A DNA stretch of 64,000 bases from Octopus vulgaris (GCA_951406725.2 OX597819.1:68386001-68450000); one strand, 5' to 3'; positions 43,367-57,550 are shown, counted from the first letter of the stretch. The notes: generated by a model not told the origin, from the letters alone. Numbers and translations are program-made.

Positions 43367-46300
43367 GGAACACCGGGGTACGTTTAACATGTGAAAGCGT
43401 TAAAACTGTACTCCGAAATCTATCCACGAACATCGGAAACAAAGACATCGCATGGAACCAAAAAATAGCTGACAAAGGATTGGACTATATCCGAGTAAGT
43501 AATACTCATTGAAATTTATTACTATTTTCCAAACGAAATTATGTATTTTAACTGAATATCATCTCCACCTCTCGCATAACACATGCAAACATGCTTGATA
43601 CATTACGATCCATCAACACCAGACCATCTCCGGCCCCAAACACCATGTACAAAAAACTACAAATAAATTAAAGAATACCGCTATTGTTCAACCCAAGAAT
43701 AACAATCGGGAGGTGCTTGCTTTAAACTTGTTACACAAAAAGTACGAAAAACTACACGTGCAAAACAATATGACAAAAAAAATTAACGGACCGGTACCCT
43801 ACGATAATGGCGACCGTCAAAATAAAAGGCCGGACGTTGTTCCTCATGTCCCGCAGATAAAGCCAAAAGGGCATAAATGGACACGTGAGGAATAGATTTC
43901 AATCCTACACGCTTACTTTACAGCAGTGCTCTACCCAAAGAACGAAAACACATCAACATATTCATATAAAATATGGAAGGAAAATAACCTAAATAAAGAC
44001 TTGGATACAGCAATGAAACCTAATAAACTAGCAAAAAAATATCAGAATTAGAAACAGAACATTTAAAAGAAAAGACACATCAGGAAAATGTAGATTGAAG
44101 CCACACAACAATGCCAAATAATATAAACACTGAGATAGTAAAACACGAAGACAAACGTAACATTTCCAACAAAAACGAATTAAAGAAAAAAACAACAAAG
44201 CCAGACCGTAGCAATGCAAAACAATGTACAAAACACCACAGACAAACATACGAATGAGAAATAAAACGAAACAACTCTAAAACCTGGAAACAACGAAGGG
44301 GAAGTAAATGATTATGCTACTATAAAAAGTAGAATAATCAAAGAACTGAAAACCACAAATCTCAGAATGGATCACCGACCGTACCTCCAAAAATTCAAAA
44401 TAGACAACAAAACAACATCAATGATAAATAGCATAAACCTGGCCGTCACGGAACTAATAACCACTGAAACAAATAGCAATGTCACTTAGTTAAATTACTT
44501 AGTATATGCAGCAGCCACTGCCGCCACAAAAGAAGCTTGATACTCCCTCAAACCCATCTAAACCGGAGTACCACCAACCAAACAAACCCTGTGGATAAAT
44601 AACATCCAAAAACAAAATACAAAAAGTGAGAAAAGATCTATCGATTCTTCCCGAAATTAGTCGACAATCAACACTACTAAGCAACAAAAAGAAAACAAAA
44701 ATACTGTGCAAATAAAACATCACAGAGAAAGATTTACCTGAGATAAAAGAAGAGCTAAAGCAAGATATTCCTGCCAAAGCACAAAGGATCTGCCGGTATG
44801 AAAAACGCCAACGTTTCTTTGAACAAAACAAACAGTCCAACTCCAACCCCAAAAAGTTCTACCAAGAACTTGGCAAAAATAAAATAGACATCACTGCAGC
44901 ACCAACGGCAGAAGTGGAAGAATTCTGGAAAGAAACATGGTCGGCGAATGAACACTCCAGAAAAGGACTATTAAAACAGCAAACTTAGCACCTGAGCAAC
45001 TTTGGACCCTCATAACAGCTGAAGAGGTCACTCAGGCACTGCAAGGTCTATGCAACTGGAAGACACCTGGGCACGACAAGATCCCCAACTTCTGATTGAA
45101 ATATCTGACAGGAATGCAGAAAAAGCTGGCTGAAAACTTTGACGCCATACTGGCAGAGCCATGGACAATGCCTGAATAGCTCACGAAAGGGAAAACCATC
45201 TTAATTCCCAAATCCAACGAAACAGCAAAACCACACAACTACAGACCTATAACGAGTCTCCCTACAATGTACAAAGCCCTTACTGCAGTAATATCGCAAA
45301 GATTGAACAAGCACCTGGACGAAAACAACCTGTTCCCAGAAGAGTAGAAAGGATGCTGCAAGGGCTCATATGGCTGCAAAGATCAACTAATGATCAATAA
45401 AGCCATAACTGAAGACAGCCGCAGAAAGAAGAAAGGCCTCAGTATTGCCTAGATCGACTACCGAAAGGCGTTTGATAGCATTCCCCAGACGTGGATCCTC
45501 AAAACACTAGCCATTAACAAGGTAGCACCAACAATTATAAAATACATAAGACACTCTATGAATAAATGGTAGACAGTGCTACAGCTCCAAATAAAAGAGG
45601 AACTCGTGAAAACCAAAGCCATCCCCATTAGAAGAGGGATATTTCAGGTTGACATGCTCTCTCCACTCTTTCTCTGCTTGGCACTGACACCTCTATCTGA
45701 TATGCTAAATAGAACTGGATGCGGATACAAATGTTACGGCAAAACGATCAGTCACCTTTTATATATGGATGAACTAAAACTATACGCTACAAATGACAAA
45801 CAGCTGGAAACACTACTACAGGCAGTTCATGGATTTACCAAAGAAATAGATATGAAATTTGGATTAGAAAAATGCCCCAAATTAACCCTCAAAAGAGGGA
45901 AAGTAGTTAAGAGTAGCAACATCGCACGAGATAAAGTCAACGATATAAGAGAATTAAAGCCAAACTTACAAATATTTAGGAATCCATGAACTAGATAGGA
46001 TACAAAACACACAAATGAAAGGGAAAATAAAGAAAGAATACTATAGACGAGTGAGATCAATACTAAAAACAGACCTCAGTGCTAAAAGCAAGATATTAGG
46101 TATCAACACTTTAGCCGCCCTAGTTACAAGTTACAGCTACAATATCCTTAACTGGACACTAAATGAACTAACCAATATAGAAACAAGAAAAATAATGACA
46201 GGATCTAGGATGTATCACCCAAAATCTGACATAGAAAGTATATATATACAATGTATAGAAGGTGGTAGAGGCCTTATACAGCTGGAAAACTATTATAAAA

Positions 46301-46450
46301 TAATCACCATAGGACTGCAAAAATACCTACTTCAGAAGGAAGGAAAACTGATACAAATAGCGGCAAAACACGAGCAAAACAAAAAAACTGTTCTCAGTAT
46401 TTAAGGAAGCTGACAGATACAAACAAGAGATCATACCACCTAACAAATAT
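43367..46450 (+). mobile_element. R4/Dong-clade non-LTR retrotransposon, disrupted by stops and frameshifts
   Basis: N-terminal KWTREE. RT motifs are PGHDKIPNF, LIPK...NYRPIT, QKGC-like/GCKDQL, IDYRKAFDS, RGIFQ.D.LSP, HLLYMDELKLY and MKFGLEKC, plus C-terminal GGRGL. Confidence 0.85.
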
Positions 46451-46546
46451 GAAGAAGAAGAAGAAGAAGAAGAAGAAGAAGAAGAAGAAGAAGAAGAAGA
46501 AGAAGAAGAAGAAGAAGAAGAAGAAGAAGAAGAAGAAGAAGAAGAA
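46451..46546. repeat. (GAA)n tract
   Basis: About 32 perfect units. Confidence 0.95.
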
Positions 46547-46830
46547 CTGCTACAGTATGTGTGATTCACATTGTTAGCGCGTGTGAAAGTCTTGCACGAA
46601 AAGTATACAAGCGTAGACACGACAAGGTAGCCCAAAATCTCCTTTGGTTACTATGCCGTAAGTATAAATATGAGGTTACATGTACTTGGCACCAAAATAC
46701 ACTGGAAAAGGAAATGGAAGAATAGCGGAAGGCAGAAATTATTTCAGATTTTGATTTTTAGACAGAGAGAGTGTTAGAGCAACAAAGGCCGGATTTAGTA
46801 ACCTTTGGGAGGGACGAGATGGAGTTCAAG
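46547..46830 (+). pseudogene. Restriction-like endonuclease (RLE) domain remnant of an R4-type element
   Basis: HIVSACESLA..YKRRHDKVA..L.W.LC.KY...I.SDF...T.R..EQQRPDL contains the RHD and RPD motifs. Confidence 0.75.
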
Positions 46831-46869
46831 GTTACTGGATCAAAAGAGGTACCAAGGATCAACTCCTGG

Positions 46870-47480
46870 TAGACTGCAAGCGGAGGAAAACTAATTCAGC
46901 CATGTCATGGATCGGTTGTCGTAATATAATTCCACGTTCTTGGAGTATGGAATGTATGAACTATTTGGTATTTGATCGAATGTTAAACGATTGCTTGGAA
47001 AAAGTATAGCAAAGTGGAGGAGGAGACTGACAGCATATGGGAGAAGTTTAGGGTCAAGGGAGGTATCTTCCAAGGGGACTGCCTATCTCCGCTGAGCTTT
47101 GTACTGTGCTTGATATCACTAACACTGATTCTGAAGAAAGCAAATGCTGGGTATGTATTCAAAAGCCGCCAACAGAAAGTACACCATTTGTTTTTCATTT
47201 ATGACCACAAACTTTATAGTTAAGTTGAATCACAAGTCGTTTCCCTCTTTGATAAGGTGTATACTTTTAGTGCTGATCTCAGAATGTAGTTCTGACTGAA
47301 AAAGTGTAGTGTGTTATTCTTGAAGAGAGGTAAAAATCAAATGTATGAACGGTTTAGCGATACCATAAGGGGAAGGCTATGAAGCAGACAGAAGTACTTA
47401 TAGCCATTTTTTTTTATCTGACAGCATATGGATGAACTTTAGGGTCAATAGAAATCAGGAGTGGTATCTTCCAAGAGATT
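46870..47480 (+). pseudogene. Second R4-type RT fragment
   Basis: GGIFQGDCLSPLSFVLCLI...HHLFFIYDHKLY...KKC...LKRGK. Confidence 0.75.
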
Positions 47481-47659
47481 CGTTATAAGTATTTGTAATC
47501 ATCAGATGTGTAGTAGTACTGCCTTGAGGCTTCTCTTAGATGAATCAAAGAATAAGCACCATTCAGCTGAACATGCTCTTGGAACAAACAGCGAAATAGC
47601 TCATCTATGTTATTACTAAAAAAAGTGTTCCATTAACAGAGAAGCATAAAGTCAGATCC

Positions 47660-48613
47660 CTATATCTCTTCCTGAAATGAGTATTGCAAACATTTTTCTT
47701 GTTGGCGAGATGCTAATAGTGCTGCTTTATCCATCGACAAAGACAAGTCTCTAACTAAATCATATAACTCTCCTTGAAAAAATTTCTGTGGTACGTCTTC
47801 ATTGTCAGTCGTGTAATCTGCATCCACTTCGATGTCTTCCACAGCAGTAGTATTTTCTTCAAGAATTACATGTTCGTCAGACATCTGAAGGTCATTTTTT
47901 TGTGGCATTGGAATAGGAAGATCATCATCATTGTGTGGTACTGGTCTTCTTGCTGATTCCAATTTGGGATACACAATCTTATGCTTGGTCTTTACAGTAA
48001 ACGCACATACATTAACGTTGCAGAAATAACAGTCCATGAAACGATCCTTTGGCCCTCTCCATATCACAGGTATTGCAAACGGCATTGCTCTCTTCCTCTT
48101 ATTTAGCCAATTCCTTAGTCCATTTGAACAAGCTGAGTAGATGATGTGCGGGGCCCAACTCTTATCTTGATCCCCGAGAGAGCAACCAAAGTATAACAGG
48201 TAGATCTTGATTTCACTTGTGATGGCACGTTGTTGAGCTTTGGTGATAAATGAATCACAGACATGACAAAATATATCAGGACTGTTCTTGCAATGCTTTG
48301 ACATCCTGAGTAGAATTTGATGATGATGATGACTTGTCACCTTAAAGAGAAAGTAAAATTTATAAAAAGAAAAGATTATGAAAAAATAAAATTAGAAAAT
48401 AAATACACAAATGTATAAAACAGAAGTCAGAAATTACCTGTATAAGACGTTTACGTGTAGCGATATTGCTGATGTGAGTTATATACGTCCCTTATCTCAT
48501 CAGAAAATTTGTGCCTGATAGAAGAAAACCGATTGCATTTTTGAAATCTGCGGACAAAATTACATATAAAACATCATATAATATCCCTGATGAAATTTCG
48601 CTGTTGACCAGTG
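47660..48613 (-). mobile_element. 5' half of a cut-and-paste DNA transposon with a Cys-rich N-terminal transposase ORF (ATG at 48304)
   Basis: CKNSPDIFCHVC...YFGC.LGDQDKSWAPH...MPFAIP.IWR.P.D..DCYFC...YP...SARRPVPH, motifs I recognise from a widespread metazoan transposase family (superfamily not assigned). The terminus is TA|CACTGG at 48613 and the C-terminus is missing. Confidence 0.75.
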
Positions 48614-48862
48614 TAATAATAAAAATAATAATACCATCAACATTATTAGATGCACAAAGACAAAAAGAACTTCAGGGAAGAAAACGAGTTAACAGTACAT
48701 TGGTATTTAGTTGTATAGATCTCTATTTCTCTTTCTCTTTAGCTCCCTCTTTCTCTCTCTTTATACATACATAAATTCGTAATATATACAAACACACACA
48801 CATACACACATATATACATATGAAGTAGAACGTTATTGTATAGATAGAAACATAATTAGATT

Positions 48863-48899
<37 letters not shown>

Positions 48900-49801
48900 T
48901 GAGATTATATTGTTGTTGTTGTTGATTATGATGCTGATGATGATGATGAGGAGGAGGAGGAGAGGAAATATTAAGCTGGAAGGAGATGTTATTCAACCTA
49001 CCTGACTAATCATTTATATCTCTGTAGACCGCAGACTGAATTTTCTATTTTTGAAGAAATAATTAATTTCTCTCCTAACTCTTTTACTAAGTCACTGGCG
49101 CATATACAATAATGTCTCGCGCTTCTAATTTTAACTTCAAAAGTAAGCGTCCGTCCCATATCACTTGTGTAAACTCTGACGAAGTGTGTGATTTTGACTG
49201 TGAGAGAACGAATGTGGACGGTTCGTTGTAACGTAAGATATTTCACTACGATTTATAAAACCTGCCGATAATATGCGCCTGTGACACTTCAGCCTTGAAG
49301 TTATTTCAAAAACCCCAGACTGGAAAAAGAAAAATGGTGGCGATTGTAAACTTCGACAAATATCAGGAGACTTCGAGACGGTCCGCAGATGTGAATGCAG
49401 TTAGATTTACTCAAAAATTACTTGCAATCTGATTATGTCCGTCCACAATTCAAGTCCTTTTATTCAGTTGACTAACCGCTTTCTTCATCATTTTAATTAG
49501 TTCAACTTAATGGCCACAAATGCTGTTACGTGCAGTTTAATTGTATAACTACAATTTCTAAAAATGGGACACCACCAGGTAGTCAAACAATCTGCTAGAA
49601 ATTGTAGTTAAATCTCCACTGAAGTGACACACGGCTTCTTTTAGAAAAGAGTGGTTGTATGATTAAAATGTGTTTGAAAGAGTGGATAGATTAAATAGCA
49701 TTAGTTCTGTACGATTATATTATTAAATGGTGTTATTTACAGCTGAGAACGTCTTCATCGTAGTTCAGTTCGAGCAGATTCGAGCTAGATCTAAATAAAT
49801 T

Positions 49802-49823
49802 AATACTGCTGCTACTACTACTG

Positions 49824-49874
<51 letters not shown>

Positions 49875-50046
49875 ATAATAATAATAATAATAATAATAAT
49901 GATATTGCCGCCGCTATCTCTGCTACTAATGATGTACCACCACCGCTACTACTACCACCTCCACCACAACCACCACCATCACTACCAGCAACAACAGCAT
50001 AAGCAACACCGTCAGTACCACCACCACCACCACCACCATTACTACT
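49802..50046. repeat. (CTA)n/(TAA)n/(CAC)n trinucleotide mosaic
   Basis: Direct reading. Confidence 0.9.
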
Positions 50047-51426
50047 GTAACATTTGCATGAAAACAAATAATGCAAAATCATGTTGAAAGATTAAAGAAC
50101 TGTTTTATTCTTAGATTTTTTTTTTATTTCACAAGTTCTTTGGATTTAGTAAAAATGTCCGCATTCCATTCTTCTTGCTGTCTGTCACTGAAATTGCTGT
50201 AGTCTGCAAGTCTCAAACTAAATATCGCTTCAAGAGTCTCATACAAACCTTCCTGTTTTGAAATACAGTTGGTTGGATAATGCATTGTGTCATATTAAAT
50301 GTATGTAATTCCTCGCCCACAAGAAAACCTTCCATCTTGTTAATCCATGTTCCAAATGTAGCATTTATTTTACTATTTTTTCTGTATTTTACGAATTAAT
50401 TGATTCAAAGGTGGTGCAAACGAAGAGAATTATAGTGACAATGGGGTTAAAGTATGCCCATATAGTTAAAATGTACGCATTATTAGAGAGCCATAGTAGA
50501 CCCTACTATTAAACCTTAGAACCCAACACAAGGAACCCAGCACAAAGAACCCAACTACACACAACATTTACCTGTATGTTGGTGCCTGCTCGCGCGCGTG
50601 TCTCATATAATTTTTAAAGAGTTTTTTTTCTCTATAGAATTTAATATATCATATAGTAAATTTGCTTAATTAGTAGTCTGAAACTCAAGTACCCGGTTCC
50701 GTTAATACGTTTACTAATCACAGCATGAAAAAAAATATTCTCATTTCATTCGATCAATGTTCATTCTTATTGATAATGTGAAGACATAAGTTTTTATGTA
50801 CGTAGATTTTGGGGTGTCAGATAAACTATTTCGTTTCCTTTATATTATTCCATTTACTTGAACCGTTTCCAAGATTTTTGGAAATAGCGCAAAATATATT
50901 TTTATCGTTGTGAGGTTTATGTTTATTTGTAAATCTATTCATCCTCTACAAGATTATTGTTTTTGAAATTTAATAAATATCTTAGCTCAGTACAAACATA
51001 TTACAATGGAATACTTCGGCGTCTACTGCACATATAACTTAACTTATACTTCGTAAGTTTGTGTTCTGAGATTCCAATTGATAGGCATCTCATATGAAAT
51101 CAACTATTAAGCATTAAGTTGCTCCGATTCTCTGAAGCTAATTAAATTGTTGTGTATATAAACATATTGGCTGTTTGTCTCTCAGGCATCGGCGATATTG
51201 ATGTAGATACCTCTTATGAGAACCCAAGAAGGTACGAGAATTGATTAAGTCTATTCAAAACATTTTTAGTCAGTGGAGAATTTACCCTGTTTATTTAACT
51301 ACTGCATAACTTCATCGTTTAAGCACACACAAACAAACACATATATATGTATGTATTATATCTATCTATTTTTGTATGTATGTATGTTTTATATCTATTC
51401 ATGTATGTATGTACGCGTGCATCTCT

Positions 51427-51492
<66 letters not shown>

Positions 51493-52082
51493 TTGTATGT
51501 GTACGTCAAATTGTGTGTGTATTTTCATGAGCTTGTCTTGGAACAATAGCAATCGTTCACTGCACTAACACACTTTCTGTAATTTCTTCTAGAGTGGATT
51601 TTCTTTACAAACATCGCATAAGATAGAGAATAGTAACTGCCAATAACACCACATGCTTAGTCAGCTTACATTAACATCCGAATCAATGATAACACTAAGA
51701 ATTAGATACGGCTTCTTAATGTGTTTCGTCTGTTTAATTCTCTGCAATTCTCTTTATGATACATCAATGAGCAACGTGTAATTTGATTACATTATATTAT
51801 ATACATGACGTCATTGATTGTTTTATTATTTAATACATAATTTCTGAAAAACCTCTATATGATATTGTGAAATATTGTTTATTCTACTGATGGCCCCTTT
51901 ATATAGCGCAGTTCGTCAGGATTTGACACATGATCACTGGACGGATATTTTGTTGCACTACCTACCTCGATAAAGGTATTGGTTTTACTTACACTAACAT
52001 AAAGGCCCTTTCAGTGAATGTGACGAATATGATGTTATGAACAAAAATGTTTAATAATTCCCGAACAAGTTTAACCACCGGT

Positions 52083-52254
52083 ATTCTTTTATTCTTTTAT
52101 TTGTTTAGTCGAACACATCGTCCCCAGGACTTATTCTGTGTAAGCCTAGTACTTATTCTATCGATATCTTTTTGCCAAACCGGTAGTTTACAAGGGCGTA
52201 AATAGAGTAACATCTATTGGCAAACAATGGTGGGGTACAAACACAGACACAGAA

Positions 52255-52301
<47 letters not shown>

Positions 52302-52329
52302 CACACACACACGCACACACACACACACG

Positions 52330-52371
<42 letters not shown>

Positions 52372-52535
52372 CGCTGGGATTCTTACAGTTTTCGTCTACC
52401 AAATACATTCACATGGCTTTGGTCGGCCCGGGGTAATAGTAGAAAACACTTGCCCAACGTTTCACGCAGTGGGACTGTGCCCGGAATCAAGTGGTTGAGA
52501 AGCAATTATCTTAAGATATAATCACACCTGCGCCT
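52083..52535 (-). mobile_element. Family B SINE, diverged, with internal microsatellite
   Basis: Reverse complement of 685-1166. Confidence 0.85.
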
Positions 52536-52716
52536 GAATTTTAAGAAAAAGAGACATATATATTGAGACTTAAATACATATGTGTGTGTGTGTGTGTGTG
52601 TTTTTGTGCGTGAGTGTGTGAGTGTGTCTGTATATATTTTAAAAGAGCTTTTATTTATTTCAGTTATTTAACTGCAGATATCCTGGAGCACCGCCTTGAA
52701 AGAAAAGGATATCGCC

Positions 52717-52787
52717 TGCGTCGGCGGGAGTCGAAACCGGATCGAATGCTGGGAATACATCGATGCTAAACGTTACAGTCATAGTTT
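52717..52787 (-). pseudogene. tRNA-Gly(TCC) pseudogene
   Basis: Minus strand ...TGTAACGTTTAGCATCGATGTATTCCCAGCATTCGATCCGGTTTCGACTCCCGCCGACGCA aligns with animal tRNA-Gly(TCC). The 5' acceptor strand and B box are mutated. Confidence 0.65.
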
Positions 52788-54459
52788 CCAATAATCTCTA
52801 TGTGAGTCGATACATACACAGATATAGATACATATATAAATATAGATAGATAGATATGTATACGCATATATCCACACATATGTGTATGTATGTATATATG
52901 TACGTATATAAATCTCTGTTGATTCACCAATAGCGATATATTGCAGGAGCTAATACAATGTAGAGTATTCTTTGATACACTATAACTGAAAGGTTCCGAT
53001 TTCCAGTAGGAAGTTTTGCTCGTTTCTGATCAGCAGCTAGTAAACCGAGGCTGGGCTTCTTATCTTAATATACTTTTATCAAAATGGGTTTTTTTAATTT
53101 CTTTTGGGATTACAAGTTTCAGATAGAGAAAAATGATATTAATTCATGGCAAGTTACTGTTGCTGTTTACACTCGGAGTTAGCTTCTCGTCTTTGTTTCA
53201 TTACTATCTCTCTCTTACACTTCCTGACGCATCTTTCTACTGAAATATCAATAAAACCATATCTCGAAACTATACTTTTAGTACAGTGTCAGCCAAATTG
53301 TATTGATTCCAGCCTCATTTAATATTCATTAGGGGGTCTTTGAAGAAGAAAGGTGATTTTGAATTTATTTATTCAGCGAGTTGAATGCTTTTAGGCGAAT
53401 AAAAGACAAAGGGAAATTAAACGCAACATATCAGAAAAACTGCGCACATTGGGTACCGAATGTCTAAATATCATTTAGCAACTGACAGAAAATTGCACTG
53501 AGAGCGGTGTTCCTGTTAGTGATAAGTAATAATAAATTTGTTCTTTCTGAATAATGAATATGAGTGGATTGCTCAGAAATTTAAATGTTTCAAGAAGAAA
53601 GAGAACCTATATTATTCGATCCCCTCTGTGGGAGCTTGCTGCCAATCAGCAGCTCCCCCCCCCATACCATTCACTTTATATAGAAACAATTATTTTATTT
53701 CATTGTTTTATTATTTATTTTTATTCTATTTTCGTTTGGTGTATATATTTTAATTTCAAGAGAAACGAACGGAAGTTTGGGAAGATATTTTATAAAGAGA
53801 TAAAATAGCAATTATAGCCGTGCATTACTGTTTTAAAGATACCATGAAATTAAATGACTTTCAGCGCTGTTAATAAAAAGAAAAGAAACAACAAAAATTC
53901 AAAAATTGAAACAAACAACTAAACGTTAAGCATAATAAATAAAATTTAAATAGAAAAGCAAAATATTTATTTTTGTTGTTGCTGTTGTTGTTTAATGTAA
54001 TGAAAGCATTATTGTGGTTTGCGGTTGCCGAGCTTCTTTTGAAGATAAAAATAAACTACATTCGTTTTCACTCAAGCAATGGCGTATAACAAAATACTTG
54101 TTAGTCTATTTATATTTGCTTCAATTTTAGTTATGCGCTGAATCAAATCTTTAGCAATCTTTAAGTATCTGTCAGTTCATGCGATGTCCACTTTATGTAT
54201 ACGTTATATTCAAAACTTCAGTCTTAAGAATGCACTACTCCGACACAGTAGCTATTCAGATATCATGTCAACTGATCGACAATCAACGTAGCAAATAAGA
54301 AGAAAGCAGAGAAAGGGTGCGGGTGGGGGAAGGTTTAACATCATTATCTTTTGTCTCTCATAAGACATGATATAAAATTCGATCAAATCTCAGGAGGCAT
54401 TTCAAAGACTAAATTTGTTTTATGAAAATTAATAAAAGTACTTCAGTTATAAATACGCT

Positions 54460-54616
54460 ATCCATATATCCATCCAACCATCTGACCATATATCCACCCA
54501 CCCATCCATCCATCCAACCATCTATCCAGCAATCTATCCATTCGTTCGTCCGCCCGTCCATCCGTCCGCCTGTCTGTTTGTCTGTCTACTATATTTATCG
54601 GTCTGCCTGGCCGTCA

Positions 54617-54689
<73 letters not shown>

Positions 54690-54733
54690 CTATCTATCTA
54701 TCTATCTGGCTGTCCGTCTGTCTATCCATTTAC

Positions 54734-54805
<72 letters not shown>

Positions 54806-54855
54806 ATATCTGTCTGTCTGTCTGTCTATCCATTTACCTATCTATCTATCTATCC

Positions 54856-54930
<75 letters not shown>
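54460..54930. repeat. (TCCA)n/(TCTG)n/(TATC)n microsatellite cluster
   Basis: Direct reading; accounts for ORF 54422-55003. Confidence 0.9.
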
Positions 54931-56657
54931 AGTGTGTCTTTCTGTCCGACTGTCTATTTGTCTCCCTATTGGTTTTCTCACCCTCACATCTATTTATGCA
55001 TAAATACCTACTTACGTCCGCATGTCTGTATGTATGCATGTATTTATGCACACATGCTATGTCTGTATATATATATATGTATCTATCTATATATATACAT
55101 ATATACATGTGTGTGTGTGTTTGTTTGTGTGTATGGATATATATCATGTTCTATTTTAGGATACGTTAGAGCCTAGTTATCTCAATGCAATCATTACATC
55201 AATTTAAATGCAGAGCAATCCTCAGCTGCATTAAGACATAGAATTTAATTAAATTAAAACAGATGGACACATTAGTATAATTTTACCTAAAATCTCCAAG
55301 AAGGTAAGGAAATAGACAAAGAACATGCCGCCGTTACTTCAGCTTAGAAGTTACTAAGTTATAATGAAGAAAGGCTTGTTGCAGATTTTGCTTGTCACTG
55401 TTTTATGGGGCCAGTTTTAATTTAGAGACTAGTTTATCAAATATTTGTATATAAGGCCAAAAGAACAAGGATTAGTGCCTGCTAGGAAGGGGGCTGAGGG
55501 AGTCGACAAAAATCATAGTGGGTATAGTCATAAAAAAAATATCAAAATTTATTTGAAACAATATAACGGGCTTTAGTAAAGGAAATTTTAGATCAAGATG
55601 TTAGCTGACAATTAAAGGGGCAAGTCAATAGTAGACCATTGATAATGAAACAGGGGAAATCTTATCATGTGCTACTATAGTAAAATATTTTAAACAATAT
55701 TGTCATATTGTATACAGTTAAAGTTTAGGATTATTCAGAAGATTATTAAGAAGAATATCATAACAAAAGGATAAAAAGTTTTTTGAATACTTTTGAGTAT
55801 ATACCAAACTTTTACCATAATAAAGAGAGGAAAAGAAATTATCTAGAAATACTTTAATATTTATACGTATGATATACTTAAATACTAACTTAGCAGATGG
55901 TATCTGTGAAGATTCATCAATTGGTATTTACTGGTGTTTAATAAAGGAGTACTGTGGTAAAAGAACCTGCTACGTGTATATTAATTAAATCATAATCTAA
56001 TCAGTTTATTTTAAGTAGTGAATATACCAGAATTGTTTTATATAAGCTAAGTATGAATTTATTAAGGTACAGAAATTAGTTTTATTTTATAAATAAATAA
56101 AGGCTATTATAAAATAATAAAATAATAAAATAATCAGGTAGGGCAGAATACCTAGAAAAGGAATAAAATGACTTAATCACAAAAAACATGATAAAGCATA
56201 TATACCTTATTTATATCAATAGAGAAGATTTATCGAAAATGTATAATAATTTAAGTATACAAAACTAAAAATTATTTATATACTTATTTAGCTGGTATCA
56301 ATAAAGAGTGATACCAGGTATTAGATAAAGGAATATTGATGTTATAGGACATTCTAATTGTAAACCTAAGAGGCATATTATAGGTTTTTAGAAGTTATCA
56401 TTGTTATTCCATACATGATATTTATAGTTTCCCACGGGTACTTAATTAGAAGGGCTACTTATATAAAGGCCCTTATAAAATCTAAGATCAGGAGGGTAGC
56501 GCATTTAAGAAAAGAGATAATCAAGTAATTTCAAAAGACAATTTCAAACAATTTCTATAAAGTTAACATTTAGGGTGGTCAATGAGATTATTAAGAATGA
56601 TATAACAAAAGGATAAAATCTCTTTGAATATATTTGAGTATATATGTATATATATAT

Positions 56658-56698
<41 letters not shown>

Positions 56699-56709
56699 TA
56701 TATAGAAGG

Positions 56710-56760
56710 AGCTTCTACAGGACTAGTACTGTTTCATTCAAGAGAAATCTTCAGGAAGCT
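56710..56760 (-). ncRNA. Type I hammerhead ribozyme (sense to the GIY-YIG ORF)
   Basis: Exact reverse complement of 60413-60463. Confidence 0.8.
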
Positions 56761-57193
56761 ATTTAACAAGAATTGTATTAGCATTTATACATTTAGGCAG
56801 GTTTAAAGGAGTGGTGGTGGGGGACTTTTTTGGGGGTAGGCATAGCGCAAAATATCATACTTGGGGGAGTGGTCAAGGAGTCAGTGGTAAGTTAGATGAA
56901 AGAATAGATAAATAAAAAAATAAATAAATAAAATAATAAAAAAATAAAAAAATAAAATAATAAAATAAAAAAATAAAAAAATAAAATAAAAAAATAAAAA
57001 AATAAAAAATAAAAAATAAAAAATAAAAAATAAAAAAATAAAAAAATAAAAAAATAAAAAATATATATAAAAAGTATATATATAAAAAATATATATATAA
57101 AAAAGGGGGATAGAGTTATAGGTAAATAAGGAGATTCTCACTTATACCTATACACATATGTATACGTATCTACACACACATATATACACACAC

Positions 57194-57240
<47 letters not shown>

Positions 57241-57550
57241 CACATACATACACACACATATACATACATATCTACATACACACATACATACACCCGCCCA
57301 CATATACAAATTTATACACATGCACATGCATATACCTGTCTACACATACACACACGTATATATGCATACACTCACTCCCATGCATGCACGCATACACACA
57401 TGTATATATATACCCACGACCACACATACATATATACACAGAGAAATATATATTCATACGCACATACACTCATGCACACACTACACCCCTAGTTCCCTAT
57501 ATACACATATTTACACCTATATATACATACACCCACATACACATATGTAC

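Noticed and set aside
48580-48613. CTGATGA as a possible hammerhead core
   Set aside because: No downstream stem II-GAAA-stem III; it lies within a DNA transposon terminus.
49765-50087. Gly/Val-rich or His-rich ORFs resembling a membrane or His-rich protein
   Set aside because: Trinucleotide repeat mosaic with no splice or domain support.
54422-55003. 193-aa ORF rich in IYLS
   Set aside because: Translation of the (TATC)n repeat.
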